A program made the position numbers and the translations under genes. A stretch of DNA of 64,000 nt, taken from the human T2T-CHM13v2.0 reference genome, Homo sapiens. The notes beneath the pieces were generated by a model that did not search any database, was not told the DNA's origin, and saw only the letters and a list, made by a program, of their open reading frames with translations. The stretch lies in assembly GCF_009914755.1 (NCBI RefSeq), contig NC_060945.1; one strand, 5' to 3'. Below are positions 39,561 through 59,197 of this stretch, piece after piece. The first letter of the stretch is position 1. Each line of letters starts with the position of its first letter.

Positions 39561-42500
39561 CTTCTTTCAACTTGTCATATTATTTATATGGAAATAAACA
39601 AAGATGAACCAAATGAGGAAAGCAAAGTCTGTTTATACAGAACTTGCCATGGCCAGGGAGTCAGCCACCAATGTTTGCATTTTGGCAAAGTCTCAAAGGC
39701 AGGCAGAGGAGTGGAAAAGCTTCATCATGCAGAAAAGGGAAGACCTCAAACACACCTTAATTGAAGAAGTGGGAAGACCTCAGGTACCCTCTAATTGGAG
39801 ACTTTAACATGGAGAAGCTGCAGGTGGGGTAATGATAGCTGGATATTCCATGTAATTGTTTAGGGTTGCATTTTTGTTTTTTTCTGGTTGGTCCTATATT
39901 GAAAGCAGTGACAAAAATGTGAGAAACTGTCAGTTATTAATGAAATTCTGGCCATTTGGGGCTGATTGTTATAGAAATTATTGTTTAGCTTATGGTATCA
40001 GTACTAGCAATAGCAGTCTGACTCCCTACAAGTCTGACTTATAGCAGTCTGGCTTTCTGGGATGTTTATTGTAAATAAAGGATTGGTTTTCTGGGCAAGT
40101 TCCTGTAGGTTGTTGGTCAGAGTTCTGTTTTTGAACATGACTTGACCATTGTCCACTTATATGTCCAGTTTCTCATATATTTGTTCTTTTAGACGTATAA
40201 TAGTTGTCTCTTCCTACTCACATGTAAATCTTGGGAAAAAGACAGTGTCAGGTGATTTATTATGTTAGGAACCAAGATTCATGTTTGTGAATTTTCTTAT
40301 TCCCAGTGCCTTGCAATAGTCCATGATCAATAAATATTTGAGTAAAAGGGGGCCATATATGGTCATGCCTATTTTCTTGAGTGGTTACATGAAAGATATG
40401 CCACATCAAATAGACTGAATTACTTAATCTGAGAAGCCAAGATTCAGTAATTTTGTTTGAGTAGATTTTGTTTGTTTGTGTAGGCTCTCTTGCCTGCAAA
40501 TGACTTGGAAATGACCTTTCAAACTATGGAGTCTCTAAAGAGAGTTTAAAAAAAACCATGTGATACAAGCCATACTGTGTAATATTGGCTTAATAACTAG
40601 AAATCGATTTGCATTGCTTTCCCTCTGTTATGGCTCACGTTTGAAAGCCAAAGTAATAGAGAAAAATAAAGCTATGGTCAATTCTAAATATAATCCACAA
40701 TGATGAGTTGTTCCAAAGGTCTATGTCCTACCATTTATCATGTTTTGATATAAACCTTTCATCTTCTCTATTTACAAGGATGATCCATGCTTGTTTCTTC
40801 TGCACAAAGTAGACTAGAGCACCCCCTGGTGTTTGGATGATATCACTACCCTCTTCAGTATACTAGGGTTTCTATGTTTGCATGAAGTGTTAATATGAGA
40901 GAAGTTTGTTGTTGTAATGTCTGGCACTTAATACTGAATTCTAGATCCATTAGTTGTGTTATAACCATCTTGATTTTAGGGCATCATTGATCTATTAATT
41001 CTCATCTGAGCTCAGAATTCCGAATGGTTTTCCCTAAATGTTACCATCTTCACCCAAAATATCTAAACATTTATGCATAGTCTTTAAGTGATATACAGTT
41101 ATCCCCTTACATTTCAAGAAGGACTCTTTGTAATTCAATATTATTGAGAACACCTACACTGTTCTGAGCTGTGGTAAGTGTTTTGCAGGCATCATTATAT
41201 TGAATCTTCACAAACTAACTTATGAGGTTCTGTTATTATTTCAAATAATAAATATATTTCGAATTTTATTTCAAATAATAAAACTGACACTCTCAGAGGC
41301 TTCATAACTCCTAGGTTTTCACAACTAGTGGTTTGCAAAGGTGGGATTTGCAGCCAGTTCTATATAACTTTATGAACTAGAGAGCTTACCTAGTCTACTA
41401 TATAGTCTCATTCTTACATGTTTTATTTTGAGTTGTTCACACTCTTGTTTTCAAAAATAAACCAGTCCTCCCCACCACAACAACATCTGTATGGATCCCT
41501 TACTTTCTAAAAATGACCATGGGGTCCTTTTAATTAGAACCAAAGTTCTAATACTAACAGACACTTCTGATCCTAAACACAATCATGAGACAGATGAAGT
41601 ATTTAAGTCCAAAGAACCCGGCAATTTCAGTCTAACTCCCTTCGTCACCTATTGTCTTATTTTAGCTTTTCTCATATGCTTCCTGCCAGATGCTTTTTTG
41701 AACATTATAGAATACAGCAAGTATCCATCTGAAAATTTAAAAAATATAAAGTATTTTAAGTGTAAAATTCCTTCAAGGTAATCCAGGGCTTCTTAAAAGT
41801 CAAGATCTAGAATGTTGTAGACAGTAGGTGTTCATTAATTATTTTTTGAATGAATGAATTATACGTAAATGAAGAATATACCCATAAATTCAGAGTGATC
41901 TGTAAAACTCAAGAAATTGTGTGTGTGTGTGTGTGAGAGAGAGAGATGAGATTTCATGACTAAAAGCTAAAAATCATCTCTATTTGTCTGAGCTCTGGAT
42001 AACTCAGGTTAGATTCCTTAATCCATTTCATCCAGAACAGAGATTTTATTATTTACTAGTTTTTTGACTTTGCATGTAAGGGTCTAACATTTAAATTTGT
42101 GAATTTCCTCATGAAGAGACAACTGAAGAGGTTTTTGCAGAACTGACCTGGGGAGTGATGCTGGAGCTCTCCAGACTGGCCCAGGAAGACTGGTGAATCT
42201 CTGACTCTGAGCTAAGTGCAGACCATCCAGAAATACTTGCTGAATGAAGGACTAGATCTTCTAAATTGCCAAGCTGGGTAATTTTTAGAGAAATGAAATT
42301 TTAGGACATTGATGCTAAGGTTAGGAGGGCCTATCAATGCCAAGACTTGAGAAATAGTAGAGGATTGGAAGGACCTCTCAGACTGAACTGGATTGTGGAT
42401 GCTTGAAGAAAAACTTCCACCGCTGTTTAGGGAGTGTGTTCTTCATAATTCTGTCCTCTTATGCTATACTTTTTTTCTCCTTTTAAGCAGCAATATATAG

Positions 42501-43969
42501 GATTCCTCTCCCAGTTCAAATATAGACAGTCTCTAAAGACCATCTCTCTGATCCCAAAAAACAGAAAAAAAAACTAGTTAAATTACAAAATCACCATTTA
42601 TTCTTTTTAAACCCCAAAAGAAGGGAGAATTACAAAACCATCATTTATCTTTTTAAACCCCAAAGTAAGAGACACTGGGTTTTGCAAAATGCTTTTGCAA
42701 AAATATCTTTTTGCTGGCAAATACCCATCTTGGCTTCATATTTTTTACCACTTGTAAATGAAGTCCAATTCTGCTGAAATTCTGAAACGCATTAATGCAT
42801 TGAGTGATACTGTTTACTGGGAATAAGTAATAATTTTCACATCTCAAGTTAAAACCCTTTAATTTGCCTCCTAAGAAGTGGCCTAGGTTGGAAAACAATA
42901 AAAACATCTCAAAGAGAAAGAAGAAAACACTGAGAGTTAGAGAATATTTTACTAAATTTTTAAAGAATGTTAGCTTTGCATTTGTTCTTGGAAGTGAATC
43001 AGTAAGTGAATTTGTTTCTGAATATACACATTCACAAAAAAAATCAGTTTTTTCTGTTTCCATTATATAACTATTGAATGAATATTTAAAAGATATTAGT
43101 TTAATATGCCAAAATTATCGACGGCCCAGCATACAAACCAGCCTTGTCTGTTTCAGAAATAGAAGAGACACTGGTGTTTGAGAGGCACAGGGCACTGAAA
43201 GGGCTTTAGATTTGGATATATCTGCATTTGCGCACTGCTTCTCCACTTACTGTCCATGTAATTTGGGATATGTTCCTTAGCCTTTCTGAACATAACTTTC
43301 CTCAGGTAAAAGAGCTTCTTTTCATTGTTTATGTGAGGATTGTGGGCTATTTTTGTAAAGTCCAATCACAGAGTGTATGCCTTATGAAAAGATTGGCTAC
43401 CACGGCTGCAATGATTAATAATATGTTCATATTTTCCTTTCTGATTATTGACTATGTTTGGGAAGAGTGATCATTTAAAATCAAATATTGACATGTTAAT
43501 ATTGCTTATCTCTTTGAGGCAGGGGTTTTAGATGACTTTTACTTTTGTATGTAATTTTATTTTTAAGTGAAAAGTATTCCACAAGATTTTGTATATTATA
43601 CAAACATATAATTGGAAACAGAGCTAATGAACAAATCAATTTTGATTATGAAAGAATTAAAATAAAGTTGGGTTGATATCAGTCTGTAGATCAAAGATGC
43701 CTCAATGAAAAATTTTGTTCTGGGTTAATCCAAGGCACAACCCTCCTTTATTAAGCAGTTTGTTATGTCATGCACCAGAATTATCCACATTTGAGTTGAT
43801 GAACAAGTTTCATTCCCTCTTGGTGCTTCATAGTGCTTCAGAGAGAATTCATAGTACTCTGGGTATTTGGGGGGTGTTTTGAAGACATGATAGTCACATA
43901 TTGATGCTTCTGGATAGTTGCTCAGTTCATTAGGTTCTCCAAAGGCTTACTGTTAAAAGACTATTTCTT

Positions 43970-44320
43970 AATCCCACTACTGGATATGTAACAAAAGGAA
44001 AGGATATCTGTAGGTTGAAGAGATATCTGCCCTCCCATGTCAATTGCAGGACTATACATAATACTAAAATATGGAATCAACCAAAGTGGTCGTCAACAGA
44101 TGAATGGATTTTTAAAATGTGGTGTTTATGATTCAGCCATAAAAAAGGAACAAAATCCTATTATTCGTGGCAACATAGATGAGCCCAGAGGACATTATGT
44201 TAAGTGAATTAAACCAAATACAGCATGTTCTCACTTATGTGGAAGCTAAAAACATTGATCTCATAGAAGTAGAGAGTAGAATAATGGTTACTAGAAACTG
44301 GGGGTAGGGTGGAGGTGGGT
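43970..44320 (+). mobile_element. Old L1MA-type 3' fragment
   Basis: atcccactactgg...atggaatcaacc...gatctcatagaagtagagagtagaat. Confidence 0.8.
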
Positions 44321-44386
44321 AGCCAGAAGTAGGGTTTGAGCTTTTTTCCCACATAAATGTCTTTTGAGAAGTGTCTGTTCATATCC

Positions 44387-45935
<1,549 letters not shown>

Positions 45936-46429
45936 CTTCTGAAGGCAAAAAAAAATAATAAGAATTTCATTTTATTTTGCCAACAGCTTTAAACCAAAGG
46001 ACATTAATGCTGTTTTAGAACTAGAAATTTTCTATGCAGTTTGTTCTCACGTATGCCTTCCCACAATGATAATCTGGAGACTTAAGAAGTTTACTCTAGA
46101 TTCCCCAAGGCTACAGACAGGCCAAACTAAATACTTGAGAACACACGTACCTCTGGCAACCAATAATAAACTTTTCTGATTGTTTTTCTTTCTCAAGTAC
46201 CTAGAGAATATTTTCAAGTCTGTGGAGAATATTTACATAAGAGTCAAGTTCATAAATAATAGTAAAAATTGCTGGATTTTGTTCATACAGGTCAAGGAGT
46301 GAAGCAGTAAACCCTAGAAGCAACAAACAAGTGTTTATTGAAAACATATTACATAAGCAATAGTCTCTTTTTTGCTTTTTACTTTTAATTTACATATCAT
46401 TGTATATATTTATGGTATACATTGTGATT

Positions 46430-48483
<2,054 letters not shown>

Positions 48484-49526
48484 TCAAAAGTCTGTGATTT
48501 AGCAATGAGGAAACTGACTCAGGAATTAGTTACATACATTGCTCAAGGATATGCAGTTAATTAAGGAAAATTGAAATACTGGCTTCCTGAGTGAGGTTCT
48601 AGTCTTCTTCAATCAACACTAGGCTTGATAGATTTGGGAGGAGAGCTTTCTGATTAAATCTTGATTTATAAAAGCATTCTCCAACGTAATAATGCCAGCT
48701 GTGTTCTAAATGCTAAAAGACTGCCTTTATGTCACAGCTTATTTTGAAATTTATAAGAATAGATGGGACAGAGATACTACTGGAGTATGCCTGCCACATT
48801 TGCTATAAAAGAAGAAAGAAAAGATTTGATCTGAGCCTCCTCACTATTAATGCAATATTTTCTCCTCAGCTCACGTTCTACAGTGAGTTGGGCAAGCACT
48901 CTGTGAAATTATTTCCACTACAAAGTCAGTAGAGTAAGAATGTAAAGTATATTCAAGACAGATATCCCAAAACTTGATGAAACCAGTAGCCTTTAGATCA
49001 ATTAGTGACGATCTACTTTTAAAAAAATCCAGAGATCAATGAAGCAGAATAAATAGCTCAGAAACAGACAGTGAGATATGTATGCATTTTTACTTGATAA
49101 ATAAGGCATCAGTAAACTACAGGGAATGGATTATTTAACAAATGGAGCTGAAAATTTTACTACTTAGGAAATTAAAAGTTTATATTCACCTTTTACCATG
49201 TTAAAAAAGTAAATTCTCTCTGTGAAATAAGATGGCTTGCTGGTTGAAATGTAAAAATCAAAGAGTGAAATAAAAGCAGAAACTGAATGTATTGTGTTGT
49301 GGTTTAAGGATAGAAATCAAAGTGAAACTGATATTTGTTTATATGAATTGTCAACTTATTTTTTTCCCACTTGGATATTTCCAAAACCCTTTAGTTAAAT
49401 TTAAAATATGAAGCCTTTATCAAACTAGCTCTCAGTCTTCACTTAAGATGAGTAATTTTTCTTGAAGCATGGTAAAACAGCTGTCTTTCAATCATAAATA
49501 TTTCCACAGATCTAGAAAATATTGCT

Positions 49527-49820
49527 GGCTGTGTGCAGGGGCTCATGCCTGTAATCCCAACACTTTGGGAGGCTGAGGTGGCAAGATCACTTGTAGCCAG
49601 GAGTTTGAGATCAGCCTGGGCAACATAGTGAGACCTCTTCTCTACAAAAATAAAAATAAAAATTAGCTGAGTGTGGTGGTGCATGCCTGTAGTCCCAACT
49701 ACTTGGGAGGCTGAGTCTTGAACTCAGGAGTTGGAGGATATGGTGGCAAGCTATGATCAAGTTGCTGCACTCCAGCCTGGCGCAACAGAACAAGACCCCT
49801 CAAGACTCTCAAAAAAAAGG
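49527..49820 (+). mobile_element. AluJ
   Basis: Diverged dimer with an internal deletion in the right arm. Confidence 0.88.
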
Positions 49821-50019
49821 AAAAGATACAAAAATATTTTTTGATTCTTCCTTTTTTCTCTTGCTCACCTGTCATTTTTTATCCCCCTTTATAACTTCTC
49901 ATCAATTTCTCATCAGCTTTTCTCATTGTTTGATTACTTTCCTCAGAGTTTAATGGTCTTTCCTCATCCTTTTCCTCCGCAGTCCTGTTTTGATTTTCTG
50001 CCAAGTTAAATATCTACTG

Positions 50020-50340
50020 TTTTTTGTTGCTGTTGTTGTTTGTAGAGATAGGATCTCACTATGTGGCCCAGGTTGGTCTTGAATTCGTGGCCTTAAAGGA
50101 TTCTTCTATCTCTACCTCTCAACTTATCGCCCAAAATGCTGGGATTATAGGCATGAGCCACCATGCCCAGCTTGTTTTTCATATATTTATATCCTTAAAA
50201 TATACTCATTTAGCCAGGCATGGCGGCATGCCTCTGTAATCCCAGCTGCTCGAGAGGCTGAAACAGGAGGATCACTTGAGCCCAGAAGTCCAGCCAGAGC
50301 AACATGGGAAGGCTCATCTGTTAATAATTAAAAATAAAAT
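50020..50340. mobile_element. Two divergent Alu monomer (FLAM/AluJ) fragments
   Basis: Antisense monomer at about 50020-50171; sense monomer at about 50211-50340. Confidence 0.75.
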
Positions 50341-50889
50341 ACACTGTATACATTTATTGATTTTCCTCACTATTAAAATATTCAGTCACTAAAAAATGAG
50401 AGTAAAAAAATTATTAACAAAATAGTAATCACACTTACTTTTACATTTTCATCTTTTTCTTTTCAGCCATTCTTTTCATGTATACATATGCAAGTGCATT
50501 GTTTGTGTATGTGTGAGAGAGACAGAAGGAGAGAGAGAGAGAGGAGAGAGGGAGTTTAAATCATGATAATGGTAATTATGCACTTTAGAACTGTTTTTGT
50601 CCTATTTTGATAACATTATAGCATAACATTATATACTGACTCCTCAGTAGCAGGGAAATATGCATTGAATGGATGGATGCACCATCGTTAATTGAACCTT
50701 TCTCCCTGTGGAACACATAGACTATTTCCAACTTTCCATCATTATAAATAGTGCTTAGATTAATAGGCATTTACAAAACATTTGTGAACATCTCCGATTA
50801 TTACTAAGCATAAATTTCTAGATTACAACATTTTATCTCACATGCCTTTTAAAAAAATTTTTGTCTTCCCTTGGGGAAAATGTAACTAA

Positions 50890-51276
<387 letters not shown>

Positions 51277-51726
51277 TGAATAAGCATTAAACTAGAATGT
51301 GGTGCACACCACAAGCAATCTGCTCAGAGATTGAAAAGACAGAAACAAACCTTACCTTTTTGCATAGCCATGCAGAAGCAACCGTTATATACATGTGTTC
51401 AAGATAAACAATACCTAGTTCTCAAGTAAGAGAACTTGGCACCATTTGTCACACAAAGTCCATCCTAAATTCACCTGGTAATTGGAGTGACCATCTGTGT
51501 CAGCTAATTAGCTTCATCCAGAGGAGAAACAAATTTTCTATGTCTTTATGACATGAGTTATTTTGCAAATTGGAGCAGATGTCCACTGAAGTTAGGCTCC
51601 TAGCCTTCCCCAGAAACCGGGAGATAGGGTTAGGGATGCTGTCTCCCTTCACATTTACATTAGGAAGAGATGGCCCAGGTCCTTGAGAAAGATATTCCTG
51701 GGTCATAAAACTGACGAAAGGTCTGA

Positions 51727-52077
<351 letters not shown>

Positions 52078-52102
52078 TGAAAGAAAAATTTCCCTTTAAG
52101 TT

Positions 52103-52323
52103 GTTTTTGTTGTTGTTGTTGTTGTTTTTTAATACTTTAAGTTTTAGGGTACATGTGCACAACGTGCAGGTTTGTTACATATGTATACATGTGCCATGTT
52201 GGTGTGCGGCACCCATTAACTTGTCATTTAACATTAGGTATATCTCCTAATGCTATCCCTCCCCCCTCCCCCCTCCCCCCACCCCACCACAGGCCCCGGT
52301 GTGTGATGTTCCCCTTCCTTGTG
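52103..52323 (-). mobile_element. Short L1PA (about PA4) 3' tail with TSD
   Basis: atactttaagttttagggtacatgtgcacaacgtgcagg...; TSD ttccctttaagtt at 52090-52102 and 52324-52336. Confidence 0.92.
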
Positions 52324-54087
52324 TTCCCTTTAAGTTCTTAACAACTGTACTGTAAGCCTGGAATGGACCAAAGATGGTTCCAAAATCGTTGGTGGTCTTT
52401 CCATTGAGAAGAGGGGCCTGTTTTTCTTCTCCTTGACCTGGGACTGTCTTTGACCAATTGCATATGGTGAAAGTGACTCGTATTTTTCCCCCTTTGGATT
52501 CTTAAAGCTCTCAGCTATTCTGCTGACAAACTCCCTTGGTGAAAAGATAAGGTGGAGAGGCCATAAGACCACATATAGGGGAATCATTGCCAAGGCACCA
52601 GGCAGTGAGGAAAACTGTTGACACTTTATACACTAGCTACTAACTGAAGAGGATGCTACAGGCCAGCTGAGCCCTGCCTAAATTCCTATCCCATGAAATA
52701 ATATCTAAAAACAGTCCGTGTTTTGAGTCACCAAGTTTTGAGATTTTGTGTTATACAGCAAGTAAAGATTTCAGCCATTGTGGGTTCATTGGCTCAATGC
52801 ACAGCAAGTTAATATACTGAGTGAGATACCAGAGATTGCGGCAGACAGAGTCTAATAATCATATGAGAAGGGAGGAAACCTCAAATCCTCCTCTCCAAGG
52901 AGTATGGGGCTGGAGGTTTTAAGGAGCTAGGAGTGGGCAGAAATGTGGGATCCGTGATTGGTGGCAGAGTGCAGAATGAAGTCTTGGGGCGGGGAGAGGA
53001 AGAAACTGCATTATCATCCTGATTTCATTCTTCTCTGGGGCTCTTCAAACTGGTAGCGTCAGGCTTCTGCTGGCATCCAGGATCTGAAGAACATCTTGAA
53101 CAATTCTTAAACAAAAGCCTTATGATTCTAACTTTGGAAATCCTATCTATGGAAACAGTGGGCATGCAAATCGTCCGTATCTGGTGCTATGTGGCTTTTA
53201 GTTACAAGGAAATGGGCCAAAGGGCAGACTGATGAATGCTTAATTATAACTGTATTTCTGTTCAGAACCTGACATGTAGTTCTTGTTAACCCTGTGAATA
53301 CAGTATCATAGTCAGAGCAGGGCACAATGCTGAGTCATGTTTTTTTTTCTTTTTTCTTCCTTTAATAAAAGTAAAAGAGCACTGTATTAAGATTCAGGGC
53401 GGGCTGCAGTTGAACCAGGAGGATAGGCTTCCTTTTCCTCTGAGGGTTTCTCAGCTTTAAAGCTGGAGAGCAGTTTGATTTCCAAAGTATTTTTTTAACT
53501 TTAATATCTAATAAAATACAGTTTCTTTTTCAAAGAGGATCTCCATGTAGCCACGAAAAAATATCTACTTTCATATCAAAAATTAAAAAAGCAACATAAA
53601 AAAGTAGCCCAATTCAGAAAAAAAATAGGGGAAAAGATTCATTTGTGATGCTCACACAAATGTATTTCTACCAGGTTGCAGATTAAAAACAAAGGAAAAA
53701 GATCTTCAATCACAGACCTCCTTCCGTCTCAGGAGGGTTTCAACAACTCAAGTGCAAAATAGAGAGATCAGTAAAGAGAGAGGCAACCGTAGACAACCAA
53801 TTTAATAACCATAGAGACTGGTGGGGAGGAGGGGGATGGGTATCAGAAAAACCAAGCAAGAGGGAAAAAGCTGAGTATGGAGATGGATTGGGGTTGTTTG
53901 CTCAATGCCTGTGTTAATAAAATTTATTCTATCTTTTAAAAAAAGTTAAATAACAAATGCCAATTATTATTTTATTTTAGCCCACTGGGTAAGAAAGGTT
54001 ATATAAATTCTTCCCTGAATCAGGAAAATGCTCAACTCTGATATTTTTTATTTTTCTAAAAGGTTCTTTTAGTTTTCAGCATTTTCA

Positions 54088-54651
<564 letters not shown>

Positions 54652-56134
54652 TTAGAGTTGCTCTTCAAAGAGGATCCCCATATAGCTATGAAGAGTTAGC
54701 TACCCATAGGCGTATATAAGTAGGTGTGGGGGAGATATACAATACATGGTGATTTGAAGGACACGAAGGAAGCTCAGAGAGCAATAGTGTAGGGTAAATC
54801 TCTTTCCCAGAAGGAGCGTGGGGTGGTTGACACACTTCTGTCTCACAGCAGGACTGAGCTAACACAGCGTGGTGTGGCACAGGGGAAGATGCGTGGGTGC
54901 AGCCAGGAAGAAAGAGGTCAAGCAGAGGCCGGGATTCAACCACCCCGACAATAAAGGATGACAAGGGCATTGCCGGTGATCAAATGCCTGAAGGACAGAA
55001 TTTCTGAATGGCAAAGAAGTAACATGGAGTCTGACCAGACCAGAATATGGGCACCACAGGGCCCATGACAGAAGACCAGAAGGAAAAAGAAGGCTAGGCC
55101 ATTCGATGTTTTGTGGTTTTGTTTATCTGGTTTGTTTTCCCATGCTTAAGATGTTGAACTTGTCTGCAGGGCTGGGAAAGAATAGTTCTGAATTTGAGGA
55201 TCAACTTTGCCATATTGGAAGTAGTTTCCTTCACTTTTTTACTTGCTGGGTCCTATTTGGTGTTCCCTTACATAATTTCAGGATCTTTTCCCCTGTGGAA
55301 GTCAAGTTGCTACCATCAGCAATAGCCAATCCTGGAGTGGCAGGAATTCTTGCTGTACGTGGTGACCTAGTGACCTTAAAGTTGCTATCTGACTACTGGG
55401 AACCTGGTAAGCAGCCTCCGCACTCCCAGCTGTCCAGTGTCCTCACTCTCTGGTCTTACAGTCTCCAAGGCCCCAGGCTAAGTAGGAACCCAGCCTATGA
55501 ATAAGTCTCCCAAGGGTTTTCTGGCCCCGAGGTTATCCCCCTGAGACAGGTGAACAAAGCCTTCCCTCCTTCCAGGGTTACTTGTGAAGCAAGGAGGGCC
55601 TGAGTTTCTCTCCCACCCTCTCACTCCGAGCAGACATTCAGGCCTGGCCTTGAGCCTCTACACCAGGAATCCCCTCCTTCTTCTTAGACTCACCATTGAA
55701 CACAATGCTTCTCTTTCTTCCCGGAAGGTGGCAGCGCCTGAAACGTCTCAGAAAGCTTCCAGCCTCTGCCTGCTGGGCCTCGGCAGCAATTTGGCTTTGT
55801 TTCAGCAGTTGGATCACAGTTGAGAGGAGGGGGTTGCAGGGATACTGACAGGGAAGTCCTTCTCAGGACAAGGAAGGAGGCCTGGTGAATGGAAATACAA
55901 GGCCTACAATTGGAGTCCAAAAAAATAGAATGTTATCCCACAGGAGAAGGTAATAGATGTCAGGCACTAAAAGCAGTAAATCATCTAGAGGTTAAGAGGG
56001 GAATGAGAAGGGAGTCAAAATGTAGCAAAGATGGATGAGGAGGTCACTTTAGTGTTCAGGGAGAAAAAATGCTGTGACCAGTGAATCACAGGGAAGACTT
56101 GAGACATATATTATACACATATTAATCACAGAGA

Positions 56135-56171
56135 ATATATATATATATAGTCTCCCTAATTCTAATTCAAG

Positions 56172-56207
<36 letters not shown>

Positions 56208-56326
56208 CCTAATTCTAATTCAAGGTACATATATATATATATATATATATATAGTCTCCCTAATTCTAATTCAAGGTACATATATATATATATATATATA
56301 TATAGTCTCCCTAATTCTAATTCAAG

Positions 56327-56362
<36 letters not shown>

Positions 56363-56421
56363 CCTAATTCTAATTCAAGGTACATATATATATATATATA
56401 TAGTCTCCCTAATTCTAATTC

Positions 56422-56466
<45 letters not shown>

Positions 56467-56487
56467 CCTAATTCTAATTCAAGGTAC
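56135..56487. repeat. Compound minisatellite: 7 copies of a 25-bp core separated by (TA)n
   Basis: gtctccctaattctaattcaaggta starts at 56150, 56203, 56254, 56305, 56358, 56403, 56462. Confidence 0.97.
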
Positions 56488-58972
56488 TTAATGTCAATGA
56501 GATAATATAAGATATGTGTGTGTATTTATATATGCATGTTACTTCATTGAGACTCTGTGTTCTTATAATTTAATATCTAATTCACAGAATTTTTAAAGGA
56601 TCAATGAGGTAAAGAAAGAAAAACACCAAAAACATGGGTGGGCATGCAGTTCAGCTACATTCCTCGCTCTTGTCTCTTCTTGTTAGTTGTAAATGCCTTG
56701 AAAGCAAAAACTGTCTTGTCCATCCTGGATTCTCTAGCACTTACAGTACTGTAGCTTAATAACTGTTTCACGATGCATGAGACTGCCATTTTGGATACAG
56801 AATTAGCAGAAGGGGGGTCATGGTGAGAGCAACAAGTGGTACAGTATGAAAAAGAAGAAAATATTATTATTCTATTTGGTTTGAAAAGTAGCTAGAATAG
56901 GCAAGATTGATATCTAATTCATTATTTGCCCAGTATTGTGCTAAGGACTTGATGTATATCAACTCAGTGAATCTTGACAGCAACCCTAGAACTCAGGCAC
57001 AATTTTGACTCCCATTTTACAGATGAGGACCACGAGACATTAGGAGGTTAAGTAATTTGCCTAAGACCACACAGGAATAAGTGACACAGCTGGGATTTGA
57101 ACACAGCTGCCTTCCTTCATTCCTGGGCTCCAAATCTCTACAACATACTATTTCTGGATGAAATGGTATTATGCTTATCCAAGACATAAATGTTTTGGCA
57201 AGGTTAAAACATTTTGGAAAATGTAATGGGTACTTAACTAATGTTCCTATATGAGAGGAAACAATTATCAAAAGCTAATAGCTTAAGGAATCATCACATT
57301 TTTTATTTTTTATTTTTTAAATGGAATCTTCTACACACTAAGGCATACTGTTATTTTTGAGCAGTCAACGAGATAAGTATTTAGAAGCCCTCTAGAACAC
57401 AACATTTTCAAAACATCTGGAAATTTTGTGTGCTGTAAATAACATTAGTGATTAAAGTTTGGACCAATGGATTAGAAAAATAAATGGAAAATATTTTAAA
57501 TGCATATCCTAAAACAGTTATCTAAATCTTACTACGAAAAAAAGATATAAGCATACTAATGTTTTTGCTTTCTGTATTAATGGTAAAATTATGAAATTAC
57601 CTCTTTTCCTTAATTCAGTTGAAGATCCATTTCCCAGGGCTATATAATTAATCATAAAATAACCTGTTGGTAAGATTCACAATGAATACCTGATGTGGAA
57701 AAATTATTATTTTAATATTTTATTCTCTATTTTTGCTTATTTTATTGATGTGCATATTTTACACACAACTCCAAGGAATTTTAAGGAGGAATATTATACA
57801 AAGAGAAGTGATCCACTATTTCTTCACTCTAGCATTGGGCTAGTTACTTTATATACTTCTTTCCTGCAGTAATCCTACCTTCATTATATGAATGAGAAGA
57901 GATTGAGTCTGAGGGGCTAATGAACTTTTCTAAATTCGCTGCTTGGGGGTGTGTATGGAATGATTCTCTCATTTGACTCTTTCAAAAGTTGGTCCTCTTT
58001 TTACTATATATATTGCCTTTCATTGTTGCAACACATTTAATGTTCCAAATTCACTAACACAATGAATATTATACCCTATTATAATCCCATCGGACCTTAT
58101 GGCCTATTATTCTATCTGACAATTGGAAAATAATAGATAATTACAGTGAGATACATTGGATTCTAAAATTTGCTTCAAGTCATAAAACCAACTAGCTACA
58201 ATGTGAATACTTAACATCACTTCCTGTGCCTCCCCTGTCCTTTCCATCACATGATTTTTTTCCATGCAAATACATTATAAAACTTTCTATTGCATGCAAT
58301 TTGCCACCAATTGAATCATTTTGTAGTTGTCAATGTATCTCTTTCAGAATATTAAAGAGGCCTGTGCCATGTTAATTACGCTAATTTGGGGACATTAACT
58401 TTATAATTGTTATTATACTGGTTATACACTGATGTTAAACTGTCTGATAAAATTTACCTTGAAAATTGTAAGATAATTTTTCCTTCCCGTCAGTTAGCGT
58501 ATGCGAAGGCATTTGGACTTTCCTTATAGGCAATGGGATGTCCTTACCGAGCTTATGGGCAGGCCGTGATGGGACTTGACTTGCGTTTTAGAAACAACTA
58601 AGATAAAAGTATAGATGACAGCTGTTGGGAAAAGACTCTGCAGACAATGACACAAGTCTAGAAGTCTTTTCCAATTATGTAGATAAGAGATGAGCAGATA
58701 GTAAAGGTGGAAAGTTGTAGAAAGATTTCAGATACTCGAAGTGATGCCATAATAAAAACTAGATGTGTTATTCTGTTTTAGAGAAAAGAGGAGAGAAATA
58801 ATAAATTGAGTTTGGGACATTTAAAGGGCTTTCTAGGTAAAAGAAAAAATAGTTGATTAGAGACTGGTATTTAGAAGATGGGGCCTATGGATTTCTTCTC
58901 CAAGGTGCTCAGTTATTTTTGCTGTATTTTTCCTTTTACGAATGTTTTGACCTGAAAAAGCAAAATTGCCTA

Positions 58973-59197
<225 letters not shown>

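Noticed and set aside
56135-56487. CRISPR-like look (identical repeats with spacers)
   Set aside because: Spacers are only (TA)n, there are no cas genes and the context is mammalian; it is a minisatellite.
55000-57700. Possible lncRNA (I recall LINC00307 being annotated between these claudins); GC-richer segment with a CTG/GTAAGC donor-like site near 55407
   Set aside because: Exons, strand and boundaries cannot be established from the sequence alone; transcript data are needed.
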